DNA of 64,000 bases from the human T2T-CHM13v2.0 reference genome, Homo sapiens. Below are positions 1 through 11,169 of this stretch, piece after piece. The stretch lies in NCBI RefSeq assembly GCF_009914755.1, contig NC_060925.1; one strand, given 5' to 3'. The position numbers and the translations under genes are program-made. The notes under the pieces are model-generated. The model made no database searches. It saw nothing but the letters and a program-made list of their open reading frames with translations, and was not told where the DNA came from. Position 1 is the first letter of the stretch, and each line of letters starts with the position of its first letter.

Positions 1-511
1 TTACATATATAATCTCAACACCTCATAAAAGCCTTTAAGTGAGTATTATTATCCCTATTTCGAGAAGTTCAAAAAGATTATGGGACTTGCTCAAAAATTT
101 ATAGCCAGTAACCAGGGCAGAATTCAAACCAGGATAGCCTGTGCTATCCTCAATAAGACAGAACTCCTCAATGGCAGGAACTATGCTTTATTCATTCCTG
201 AACCCTTAGATTAATCAGGCCCTTAAATAAATATTTGCAAAAGGAAGAAATAGGGACATATCGGGGAACTTTATTCATGTTAATTGCCAACACCAGTTGA
301 ATGTTTATCATTAGCCAGGCACCTTGCTTAGCCCTTTACTTGCCTTCTTTTCATTTAATTTTTGCCAAAATACCTATGAGATAGGCACTATTATTATCGG
401 TGTCTATCATAGTACCTGACACAAAATAGATGCTCAATTAATACATGTTGAATGAATTAATCTCCATTTTAGAGATGTGGTAACTGAGGCTTAGAAATAC
501 TAAGTATTTGG

Positions 512-781
512 GGCTCACACCTGTAATCCCAGCACTTTGTGGGGCTGAGGTGACAGAACCAGCCTGGGCAACATGGTGAGACACTGTCTTTACAAAAAAG
601 ATTTTTTTAATTAGCTGGGTGTAGTGGCACACACCTGTAGCCGCAGCTACTGGAGAGGCTGAGGTGGAAGGATCACTTGAGCCCAGAAGTTCAAGGCTGC
701 AGTGAGTCATGATTGTGCCACTGCACTCCAGCCTGGGCAACAGACTGAGACCCTGTCTCAAAAAAAAAAAAAAAAAAAAAA
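512..781 (+). mobile_element. AluJ with a left-arm internal deletion
   Basis: Alu consensus, J-type ggatcacttgagccc...ggctgcagtgag, A22 tail; TSD taagtatttggg at 501-512 and 1167-1178. Confidence 0.93.
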
Positions 782-1160
782 CATATACACCATGGAATAC
801 TATGCAGCCATAAAAAATGAAGAGTTCATGTCCTTTGTAGGGACATGGATGAAACTGGAAACCATCATTCTCAGCAAACTATCGCAAGGACAAAAAACCA
901 AACACTACATGTTCTCACTCATAGGTGGGAATTGAACAGTGAGAACACTTGGACACAGGAAGGGGAACATCACCCACCGGGGACTGTTGTGGGGTGGGGG
1001 GAGGGGGGAGGGATAGCATTAGGAGATATACCTAATGCTAAATGACGAGTTAATGGGTGCAGCACACCAATATGGCACATGTATACATATGTAACAAACC
1101 TGCACATTGTGCACATGTACCCTAAAAGTATAATAATAATAAAATAAAAAATAAACAACA
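782..1160 (+). mobile_element. L1PA (L1PA3-like) 5'-truncated 3' end inserted in the Alu A-tail
   Basis: End of ORF2 ([10 protein letters not shown]...MFSLIGGN), G-rich 3'UTR, gctaaatgacgagttaatgggtgcagcacaccaa, A-rich tail. Confidence 0.95.
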
Positions 1161-2318
1161 AAGCATTAAGTATTTGGGAGACAAAGAATGGGAAGCCGCA
1201 CAGCTGAGACTAGAATCCAGGTACAGCCTTCCTCAAGCCCATAGTAGGAAGGTGGGCAAACAACAGTCTCTCTTCCTTTATTGCTAGTCTGGATGAAGTG
1301 CAGCATTTGAGATTTCCAAATAGGGTAGAAGAGTTTTCTGAGTTAAGCCTTCTCTGTAGTATGCTTTGAAAGCTGATATATCATGGAAATCACCCCCACA
1401 CTGTTTGGGAAGCCTGGATTCTGGTCTTGGCTTTTTTTGCCACAGCAGAATAACTTCAGTGAGCCACATAAGCTCCCAGAGTGCAGTTCCTGCATCGGTA
1501 AAGTAAATTGTTATTAGGCTCACATGACAATTCAGAGGGCGGTAGAGAATGCAGTGCTAGTGTGAATCTATGACACCTGTGATAAAGATAATTCCATCTC
1601 TGATTATGATAATGACCAAGGCCTGATAAGGGCTCCTGTGTGTTCATTACTCTGAGGCAAGACAGAGGGTGCAGTGAGTGGGCAGTTACTCCATACCCAC
1701 AACTCCCCCAGTGGGCAGCTCCCAGAAAGTCCAATTAGCAGCCTTGCACCCTGCCTGGTCCTAGACAACTCTGGATCCCCGGAGAAGCTGCCGTCATCTC
1801 TCTCCCTCTCTGATTTTATTAGGATCATAATTGTACATTTCTCCACTTACCTGTGGGGATGAAAGGGCATCAGTGTTTCCATAATGCATGACTCTAGGCG
1901 TGAGGCTGGTGCCCCACGCATCACTTCTCATTGCAATGATGCAGCACCAAAAAGCCATCCTTCATCATGTGGAAAACACTCCCCATATTGCAGTGTCTCT
2001 ATTTGCAACAGCCTCCAGGATATTCATGTGATAGATCATATATTTGCCTGAATCAATATTTCCCTGACACTGGGAAGTCCGCCATCCATCCGTCCCATTT
2101 TGTTTGATGGAGCTCTTCTGTGTTGCCTTTACTCAGGCTGACGGGATCACAAGCCCTCCTTCCCCACCTGACAGATGATGTCCAGATGAAGGATTGCTTC
2201 ATAAATTAGCATCTTGGGAGCAGAGCCCCCAGAACTCAAGCAACCCTGCACAACAATGGAGCAGACAGCAAGGAGACATGGCATGAAGGGCAAAGGCATA
2301 GAACTTGAGCTGGCTATT

Positions 2319-2771
2319 AAGTATATATTACCTTTGTTTTTAATATAAATTTTTAAATTGTAAGTTTTTGTGACTTAATTTATAGTAATGGCCATGTTTA
2401 ACAATTGGCTGGCCGGGCGTGGTGGCTCACGGCTGTAATCTCAGCACTTTGGGAGGCCGAGGTGGGTGGATCACGAGGTCAGGAGTTTGTGACCGGCCTG
2501 GCCAATATGGTGAAACTCTGTCTCTACTAAAAATACAAAAATTAGCCAGGCGTGGTGCTGCACACCTGTAGTCCCAGCTACTCAGGAGGCTGAGGCAGAA
2601 GAATTGCTTGAACCTGGGAGGCGGAGATTGCAGTGAGCCGAGGAGATGGGGCCACTGCACTCCAGCCTGGGCGACAGAGCAAGACTCCGTTTCAAAAAAA
2701 AAAAAAAATTGGCTGAAGATTTCATAACCGGTTCTTGTGAGGTGGCTCAAGTTGGCTCCAGTACACCACTG
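2319..2771 (-). mobile_element. MER63-like hAT DNA transposon fragment, split by Alu
   Basis: Reverse complement begins cagtggtgtactggagcc... and continues ttgttaaacatggccatta...aaaacaaaggtaat, matching the recalled MER63B consensus. Confidence 0.7.
2411..2708 (+). mobile_element. AluS (AluSg-like), full length
   Basis: ggccgggcgtggtggctcac start, gatcacgaggtcaggag, A-tail, TSD aattggct. Confidence 0.95.
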
Positions 2772-2900
2772 CGTACCTGCCTTCCTTCCTGGCTCCCTGT
2801 GACCTGTGACCTGCTCAGTTCTGGCCTCTTTATCCTTCACCTGGATGATTTTAATAGCCTGCTAATCTGTGTCTCAGCTTCTAGTCTCCTCTATTCCAAC

Positions 2901-3295
2901 TGATATGGTTTGAGTGTGTGCTCTACCAAATCTCATGCTGAAATGTCATCCCCAGTATTGGAGGTGTGGCCTGGTGGAAGGTGTTCGGACCATGGGGGTG
3001 GATCCCTCATGAATGGCTTAGTGCCATCTCCTTGGTGATGAGTTCATGTGAGATCCGATTGTTTAAAAGTGTCTGGCACCTCCCACTCTCTCTTTCTTGC
3101 TCCCGCTCTCACCATGTGAGATGCCTGTTCCTGCTTCACCTCCTCCCATGATTGTAAGCAGCCCAAGGCCGCACTAGAAGCCAAGCAGATGCTTCCTGTG
3201 CAGCCTGCAGAACTGTGAGTCAATTAAACCTCTTTTCTTTTAAATTAACCAGTCTCAAGTATTTCTTTATAGCAATCCAAGAATGGCCTAACACA
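2901..3295 (+). mobile_element. MaLR solo LTR (MSTB-like)
   Basis: tgatatggtttg start; cagcctgcagaactgtgagtcaattaaacctcttttc; ...cctaacaca end. Confidence 0.88.
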
Positions 3296-3481
3296 CTCAC
3301 CATCCAGTTTTATCTTTCCAAAATGTAGCTCCTAGTCTCCCCTGCTCAAAGACGTTAACTCTCCAGTGACTCTGAATGAAACATATGCTTTTTCTAAACA
3401 GCCAATGTCCTGTACGAAGCCTAAGATCCCCAAACTTTCTAGTTTTATCTCTCAAGCAGTGATGTGCAGCTCCCTAGCACT

Positions 3482-3685
3482 TCAGAGACTGACAAGCGTG
3501 GGTCTGAAGTTTGCTTTTGTCATTTATTAGCTGGGTGACCTGGGGCAAGTTATTTAACTTTACTGACGATTACTTTCCCCACCTGAAAAATGGATAAATT
3601 AATAGAGTTGTTAGGAGGATTAAATAAGATCATATGTAATACTCCAAGAACAGTGACCAGTCCATTTTAGGCATCCAATAATAGC
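3482..3685 (+). mobile_element. MIR
   Basis: tagctgggtgacctggggcaagttatttaac...gaggattaaataagat core. Confidence 0.8.
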
Positions 3686-3947
3686 AATGGCATCAGCTTC
3701 TTTTTATGAATTCCTCTTATGTATAAACACGGGTTCTTTATCTCATTTTATCTCATTGTTACCCCAAACTGATAGATCATTAGAGAAGTTTGTCAGCCTT
3801 TTCTGTTAAATGCAGAGTCACATCTCTCATGAAAATGCTACACTCTGAAGCCAATCTGTTTTACTTCTTACTCCTTACAAGTGCCTACCTTTTCCACATC
3901 TAAGCTTTTGCTCCTACACTCCTACACCTCTCAAAAACTCAGCCATC

Positions 3948-4848
3948 CACTCAAAAATAAAAAGACAACCGAATTAAAAAGCATCTGTGCCTGACCTGGG
4001 CCCAGGATTTGAATAGACATATGTCCCCCAACACCAAAAAAAAAAAATACAAATAGCTAATAAGCACATGAAAAGATGCTCAACATCATTAGTCATCAGG
4101 GAAATGCAAATCAAAACCACAACGAGATACCACTTCACACCCTCCAGGATGTCTATCATCAAAAAGACAGACTATAACAAGGACACTGATAAATTGAAAC
4201 CCTTATTTATTGCTGGTGGGAATGCGGTAAGGTGCAGCCACTTTGAAAAACAGTTTGGCAATTCCTCAAAAAGTTAGACATAGGGATAATATATGACCTA
4301 GCAATTCCACTCCTAGGTATACACCCAAGAGAAATGAAAACATGTCCACATAAAAACATGCAGATGAAAGAACTGCACCATTTCTCATAATAGGCAAAAA
4401 GTGGAAACAACCCAAATGTTCATTAATAGATGAATGAATAAACAAACATGGGGAATATCTATACAATGGAATATTTTTCGGCCATGAAAAGAAATGAAGT
4501 ACCGACACCTTTTACAACATGGACAAACCTTGAAAACATTATGCTAAGTTGAAGAAGACAGCCACAAAAAACTATAATTCCATTAATATAAAATACCTAG
4601 AATAGGCACATCTATAGAGACAGAAAGTAGACTAGTGGTTGCCTAGGGCTGGGGAGTGAGGGGTGAATGGGGCTGACTGCTCATGACTGCATGTTTCTGT
4701 TAGAGGCGACAAAAATGTTCTAAACTTAGATTGTGACAATGGTTGTGTACCTCTGTGAATATACTAAAAACCACTGCATTGTATGCTTTAAATGAGTGAA
4801 TTTTATAGTATTTGAAGTATATCTCAATAAAGATGTTTTTTAAAAAAG
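3948..4848 (+). mobile_element. L1MB (L1MB7-like) ORF2 end and 3'UTR
   Basis: [27 protein letters not shown]2 motif; 3' end ...tatatctcaataaa. Confidence 0.9.
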
Positions 4849-5242
4849 AATACCTTGAAAAAAATTCCATCCGTCCATCAAAGCTTATTGCGGGGGGTGG
4901 GGGGCCCTTCCTAGTGCTCACCTTCCTACTCCAAAGTGGCTGCCATTGCTCCTGCTCTTGAGTCCCAGTATTCACTGAGTGTTGTTTCTTCTGTCATTTC
5001 TCACCTTTTGTTTCCTATTGTAGTTGTCTCTGTATTACTTTTATCTATTACATTAAGTGGCCTCAATTTTGTGAATATGTAAAATGGAACAGATTCAGTA
5101 GTGTTTTCATAAGATCACTCACCCTTGTATTCTGTTTTTTCACACAGGGAAGAAAAGAATGGTGTTTCAGTTCACACAAGAAGCTGTGCCTGACTTGGGC
5201 CCAGTCACTAGAGCATGTTGCAGACAAGAATGACATCCATCA

Positions 5243-5244
<2 letters not shown>

Positions 5245-5282
<38 letters not shown>
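5245..5282. repeat. (GT)19 microsatellite
   Basis: Direct reading. Confidence 0.97.
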
Positions 5283-5283
<1 letters not shown>

Positions 5284-7507
5284 GAGTGTGGTAGCTAGTA
5301 GATCTCCAAACTGGGTAAAATCTGCAGAGCCATGATTGAGTTTTGCAGGCTGGGTCTTCTCCATGTCCCCAGGCCCAGGGCTGTACCTCAGCTACAAATC
5401 CAAGGAATATGTGTGGAATCCTTCCCTTGGCATTCAGTTTGAGACTCTGTCACCAACATAAGATCAAGGAAACCTGCTGACAGGGTGGCCACCAAGGACA
5501 AAACGAAACTAATTCTTCAGTGGTTTTAAGTGTTTCTTTCACCAGGGGGCATTTTCCTTTGGAACGACAAGTTGTCTTTGTTTTTATTTATAAACAAAAA
5601 TTTGCTGCCACTTCCAGCTTCCCTCAGGGTGAGCCCTATGCACCCAGATGAGCAGAGAAAGGCTGGTTTTTTTCCTTTGTCACTGGGCCCTCCACGGGGA
5701 CATAGGAGACTGGTACAAGTCCTGTATTTAGGCACAAAGTATTGAGCCATGTCGGCAAGACCAGGAGGAGGTGCAGGATAAGGAGAGGGTGTCATCGACC
5801 ACAAAACTGTGACACAGAGGCAAAGAGGCAGAAGTAGGGGAAGGCTAGTCCGCTCAGGGCAAAGGGAGGAGGCCTTTACAAATGAGAGACTCGGCAGCCT
5901 CTCTGGAAATGGGAACTTGTGCTGAAGTTGGCTCTCATGGAGAGCTCCTGGAAATCGAATTTAACTCTTTTCCCCCAGTGAAGATCAAGCAGAGAAAACA
6001 GAGGCAATCCATTTTCAGAGTGTGGCCCAAGTAGTCAGTTGCTGCCAGGGTGTCACTGATGCCTCATTTGCTGGTCACCGACATTGAGGTGAAAATACAC
6101 AACAATTGGCATATGTGCATGCACGCGCTCAAAACGCACACACACTACCCCCACTTGCAGCTGGCACTGTGGGTGCTAAAGCTGATCTACAGATGCAGGG
6201 AACATGGATGTGCTGCTTATAAGCCTGAGCTGGGAGACAAACCCATAGTGCTCTTCTTTTGGAACCAGATGGGAAAGGCATTCATGTATCGCCACCTAAT
6301 GGTACTTACACCTCATTACAGTCTTGGACCTGTTCACCATCAACAGGTAGATGGGTCCACTGAGGACTCACAATGAAAGATGTAAACTTGGACTTCAACT
6401 TCCAAATGCATATCCCAACTCTCTGGTCACAGCTCATGGTTGGGCCTTAATGAGTGTGTGCAGGGCTGGTTACCAGCGCTGCCTCCGTGCCCCTATTCCA
6501 CATCCTGTACCTTTTGGCTGCTCTCAGCTATTTCTCTTATACTTCCTAGGATCCCCTTTAGCACAAAGCTTTGATCCCTTTTAACAGGCACTCCTGAGGA
6601 CTATTACTCCAACAGTTATCACTCACTTTTCCAGATGTAGAATCAGGTGCCGAGGACGGGTCTACCAAGTGATTCTGCCTAGAGCCAACCTGCCACATCT
6701 GCCTTCGCCCTATGCTCCAGGTTCCAGCCTGCCTTCGTGGATAAGCCCTGGGTCAATGGGATTTGAAAACCAAAGGATATTTCATCCCCTGCTGCAGGCT
6801 CAAGGGCTTAAGGGCTGACAACTCGCTGAAGTCTGGGGAGGTCTTTTTGGCCTCTTTCACCTGCCGGTTATATCAAACCCCTGAGGTTAGCTGAGTGGCC
6901 CCTGTTGACTTTTGAGAGCCCCAGGTGATTGGAAATCCTGAGTAACCAATAAGGAAGAAAGGGCCTTTGGGGTTGACCAAACTCTAGAGTGTTTATATTC
7001 GTGAGAGCAGGCTACAATGGCCCTGCATCTGCCCTCCTCTCCCTGGGCTCAGCAGTTACTCTCTCCAGCTTCTTTCAACAAAAAGAGTGGGTCCTTGCTT
7101 CCTTTTAAAGGTTGGAAGAACAAAGTCCAGAGATGTTTAGCCAGTTGCCCATGATCACACAATGGAGCCCAGTGGAGAGAAAGCTAGGACCTGGGTCCCT
7201 CAACTCCCAAGCCTTGGCACCTCCTTCTCAGGCTGGCCTGGACTTCAGACACCCCTGATGAATGCCCCTCTCTGTGAAATGGCATTGACATTGTAAAATG
7301 CACTTTGGTTGGTTGGAAGGTAAAGAGTTGTCTTAAGTGACAGGTCCCTGAATCTACTGTACCTTTGAGTAGAGTGCAGTATGAGAAGCTGAAACCATTG
7401 GTGTTTAAGTAAATGTACAAGCTGTTCACATGCTCTATTCTCTTAGCTGCAATAGTGGAAGGTTCTAATGCCCTAGGTAGGGGTGGGAAAACCTGGTTGT
7501 GACAAAC

Positions 7508-7538
<31 letters not shown>

Positions 7539-7600
7539 CTTTTTCTCTCCTACTGTCTCTTTTCTTTTCTATCTTTCCTCTTCCTTCTCCATCCCTCTTT
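7508..7600. repeat. (CT)n / polypyrimidine tract
   Basis: Direct reading. Confidence 0.9.
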
Positions 7601-8454
7601 CAAGTTCTTCCTCAGTAATTCCCTACGGTATTTGACCAGGCATTTCTTTTAAAAAAGAATATTCAGGAATTTTTTAAGCCCAAATGCAACTCTTTCCCCT
7701 GATTTTGTAAATACTCCTCTACCTAAACATCCCACCCTCCCTTAAAGTCAGCTGGAGGAAAGTCCTAATCATCTTTCCTCTGAACTGGATGGACTCGGGG
7801 AGGAACCCATGAAAGAATTATTCATTCTATCACACGAATATGGTATGAAAGCAGTCCTCTCTGTTTTTCCCACTGCATATGGCATACTCCATTAAGAGGT
7901 GGATCCAAATGTTACCCAGCCATAGCCAGGAAGACCAGAGAGGGTTGGACGGGCTAAAGATGCTTCTACATGTGCTAGGCACAGGAGACACCAGCCATCT
8001 GTTAAGGGGCTAATCTAAACTCTGTTCATAAAATGCTCAACAGAAATTGCTGGCAACAACACATTGTCCTTTGATTATGAATCCAGCTGTCCATTCTAGA
8101 ATAAGGAAAATTGATCCCCTAATAATACAACTAACTTTTTTGGTACAGAACTTACCTAGTTTTTGAACTGAAAGGCTCGTGTCCTGAGAAATTTCTTAGT
8201 CTTAGGCAAACTAAGGTGGTCTCTATAGACCCCAACGTTGTGCTGTTGCTGCTGCTGCTGAGATGATCTCCTTCACCTTTTCTTACACCTTTGCAATAAT
8301 CTTCCATAGCTGTGAGTAACCTAGATGCATCTCTTCCTGTACCCATGAGGTACCTAGCCTGCAGGATGGTATTCTCCCTCCGCACCCCTGCTCCATGTCC
8401 ACCAACCTGGTTCAACTTCTTTTGTCCATCAATAATTCCCTGGCTTATTCTATT

Positions 8455-8590
8455 CATTTTCTAGTTTGAAATACTTGACATCTTTGCTTAGACCCTCTCC
8501 TGCATTGCCTATATGCAATTAATCACCAAGTCCTATTGACTTTTATTTTGAGATGTTTGTGGAATCTGCCTTTGTCCATCTTTACTACCA
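8455..8590 (+). mobile_element. L2 fragment
   Basis: caattaatcaccaagtcctattgacttt resembles the L2 ORF2 3' region. Confidence 0.55.
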
Positions 8591-8699
8591 TGACAATAAC
8601 AATAATGATAAAAATAAACTCCAACTTTAAGGACCAATCAGAGTGGACTCAAGAAAGAATGGAAGGAAAGAAATAGGAATCAACACGTATATAGGATTC

Positions 8700-8792
8700 A
8701 GAATTTCTCAAAATTATTTGATGATGAAACTTACTTTTCACAGAACAGCTCTTGGGACCATTGTTCCATGAAATACAGTTTGGTAAAGGCTC
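8700..8792. mobile_element. MER103-like hAT fragment
   Basis: ttttcacagaacagctcttgggaccattgttccatgaaatacagtttggtaaa resembles the MER103C end. Confidence 0.5.
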
Positions 8793-10829
8793 ATCTAACC
8801 CACAAATGGACTGTTGTGCAGAATTAGAAAGAATGTTCAAAACCATCAAGACAAGTTCTACAATTTTATACATGAAAACTCTGAGACCTCAGGAGATAAA
8901 GTGGCCCAAGCCACACAGCTCACTTCTGGGAGACCCAGGCTTTGAATCAAGTACTGAGTTCCTTACTCTCCACCATCCACTACTCCCTACCAGATGCCCT
9001 GCATTCTGAAATAGCCTCCTATCTTCACTGAAGTCCTACTCGTAATTCAAGGTCAAGCTTACTCTTTAGCTCCTCTACATTCTTTGTCAGTCATACAAGC
9101 CTACACTGATACCAATCTTGGCTGAATTTCAATAACAGTTACTTTTATCATTATGTTTGCTACCTTGTATTAGGCACTATAAACAACTAGTCCACGTACC
9201 ACTACATGCCCAACTTATGCCCATGGCATTCATTGCTAATCCACCAGATCATCCTTTTCAATTGAGCCCAGAAAGAGCTTCAGAATCATTTTCAGCATAA
9301 TACTCTAGATAGCCATAGCCAGCCAGCCATGATTAGCACGTGAGATGAAACTTCTTTAGGCCCAACTTTGTTGTTTAATTATTTCATGTGTGTGTCTTAA
9401 TTGCTTTGCCATGTGGGACCTTCCTAAACAGCAAAAACAATGTCTTCGAATTCTTTCACGTAACTGTTAGCTGCAAGTATAGTTCTTTGCCCTAATAAGT
9501 GCTCAATAATTGTTTGAATGCCTGAATATCAAATATGAAAATGAGAATAATTAACATTTATACAATGTTTAGTTACAGAGTACTTTCACATGCTATACCA
9601 CATTTAATTAATTCTAACAACAGCACTGGAAAATAAGTATAATTATGCTCTTTAGTTCCTTCTAGACAGAAAGCTTTCATGGGGATGAAAGACTGTTCCT
9701 TAGCTCAGAGTAGGGAATCAAAGTAGGCGGGGCTTAGTTCAGAGTGGGCGGGGCTTAGCTCAGAATAGGCCATCAATTTGTAGAATTGAAGTGTGAACTC
9801 TGAGGATGAAGAAACAGGGCTGCAGGGGTGTGTAACTTGCACCAAGTCACCCTACTTTACATTGCGCCACACCGCCCAGCTAAGTCTTCGAAATGTTCAT
9901 AAGGTGCTTGAGCACTGATTCCTTTGCCTGTTCAATGTTTGAATTCCACTGTCACTGGCTTTTCTTTTTTCCTCGTAATGAAGCAAAACCTGGTGGGTTA
10001 ATTAATCCTTCTTGATGCTGGGCAGCAGTAATAGGATCAAGAAGAAAGCCTTTCTCCTCCTGTGCTCCCAAGGATGCCCAGCGGGAGACTGTGAGGAGAT
10101 GGAACACAGCCTTCACTCTGTTAATTGTTCAAGAGCAAATCACCTGTCAGCAGGAAACAGAAAAAAAGACAGCACGAAATTCAGAGTCAGAACAATAAAT
10201 AACATTCAGTGCTATACCCTTGAGAAAAATAAAGCTGCCAACATTCTGTTTCTTAGGGAAAACAAAAATGCTCAGTGTTTCTGCAGACCTGTGAAATCCA
10301 GTAGAAAATACTGCAGCCTGCCCAGACTGGTCGTCTCTTTTATCAACTCAGGGTGCACCAGCCCAAACCCCACAGCCAGCACCACTGTCCAGAGAGACAG
10401 GCACATGTATGCAGGAATAAAAATGATTACGCAAATATAAAAATGGATTTCCTAATAAGAAATTCCCTTTGGTGAAAGGGACAGAGGAGCATATTACAAT
10501 GGCCTCACACTATTCTCTCTGTGTCCACTCCCATACTCCTAAATTCACCCTAAGTAGCTCCCTAAGGTGAGTCCCCCATGAGCTGGCCTCTCTACCACTC
10601 TATAGCCTCGTACCTCAGGCTTTTCCAGCACCAAATTGCTCCTGGTGTCACTCCGGACACTGCTCACACCTCAGCCTCTGCTCCTTCCTGCCTCTCCAGC
10701 AGGAGTGACTTTTCTGTCACCTGCTAAATTCTCCTCTACCCTTAAGGATCATCTCCTGTCACCACTTCCCCACCTCTAGCCTGTGCATCTGGAGCACTCT
10801 GTGACACTCTACTATTTGCTGTGACCAAG

Positions 10830-11065
10830 CAAACAGATTCCTGAGCCAGATAACCCAGATTCAAGTCTATTCTCTGCTACTTATTGCTTGTCTGATCTTG
10901 GCTGTGATCTTTCTTGATGGCTGGGTGTCTCTGTTCCTCATTTATAAAATGGGATGGAGATAATAATAGTTCCTACTTCACAGAGTTGTGTGAAGATTAA
11001 ACTGTTTAATACATGTAAATTACTTAGCCCAATGCCCATTGTGAGCTACTATGGCCATTAATAAT
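10830..11065 (+). mobile_element. MIR
   Basis: ttcctcatttataaaatggg...aataatagttcctacttcacagagttgtgtgaagattaa. Confidence 0.8.
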
Positions 11066-11169
11066 TTCACCATAATCATCAGCATATCCATCTTCTTCTT
11101 TAAGCTATGAGTTATTTGAGGGAAAGGTCCACATCTTATCCTTCCCTTTATGCCCATCACTTAGATAGT

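Larger units (their letters stand above)
295..1245 (-). mobile_element. MIR SINE, split by an L2 tail (~400-459), AluJ and L1PA
   Basis: Antisense MIR core pieces: ctatgagataggcactattattatc / ccattttagagatgtggtaactgaggcttaga; resumes after 1178 with ctgagactagaatccagg. Confidence 0.65.

Noticed and set aside
5118-5147. Canonical-looking branch point and acceptor (also one at 23660-23680)
   Set aside because: No convincing matching donor; isolated acceptors are common by chance
5536-5554. Additional CTCF-like motifs (5536; weaker ones near 16253, 26439, 42552, 58726)
   Set aside because: Poor flanks, mismatches at key core positions or wrong spacing; within chance expectation
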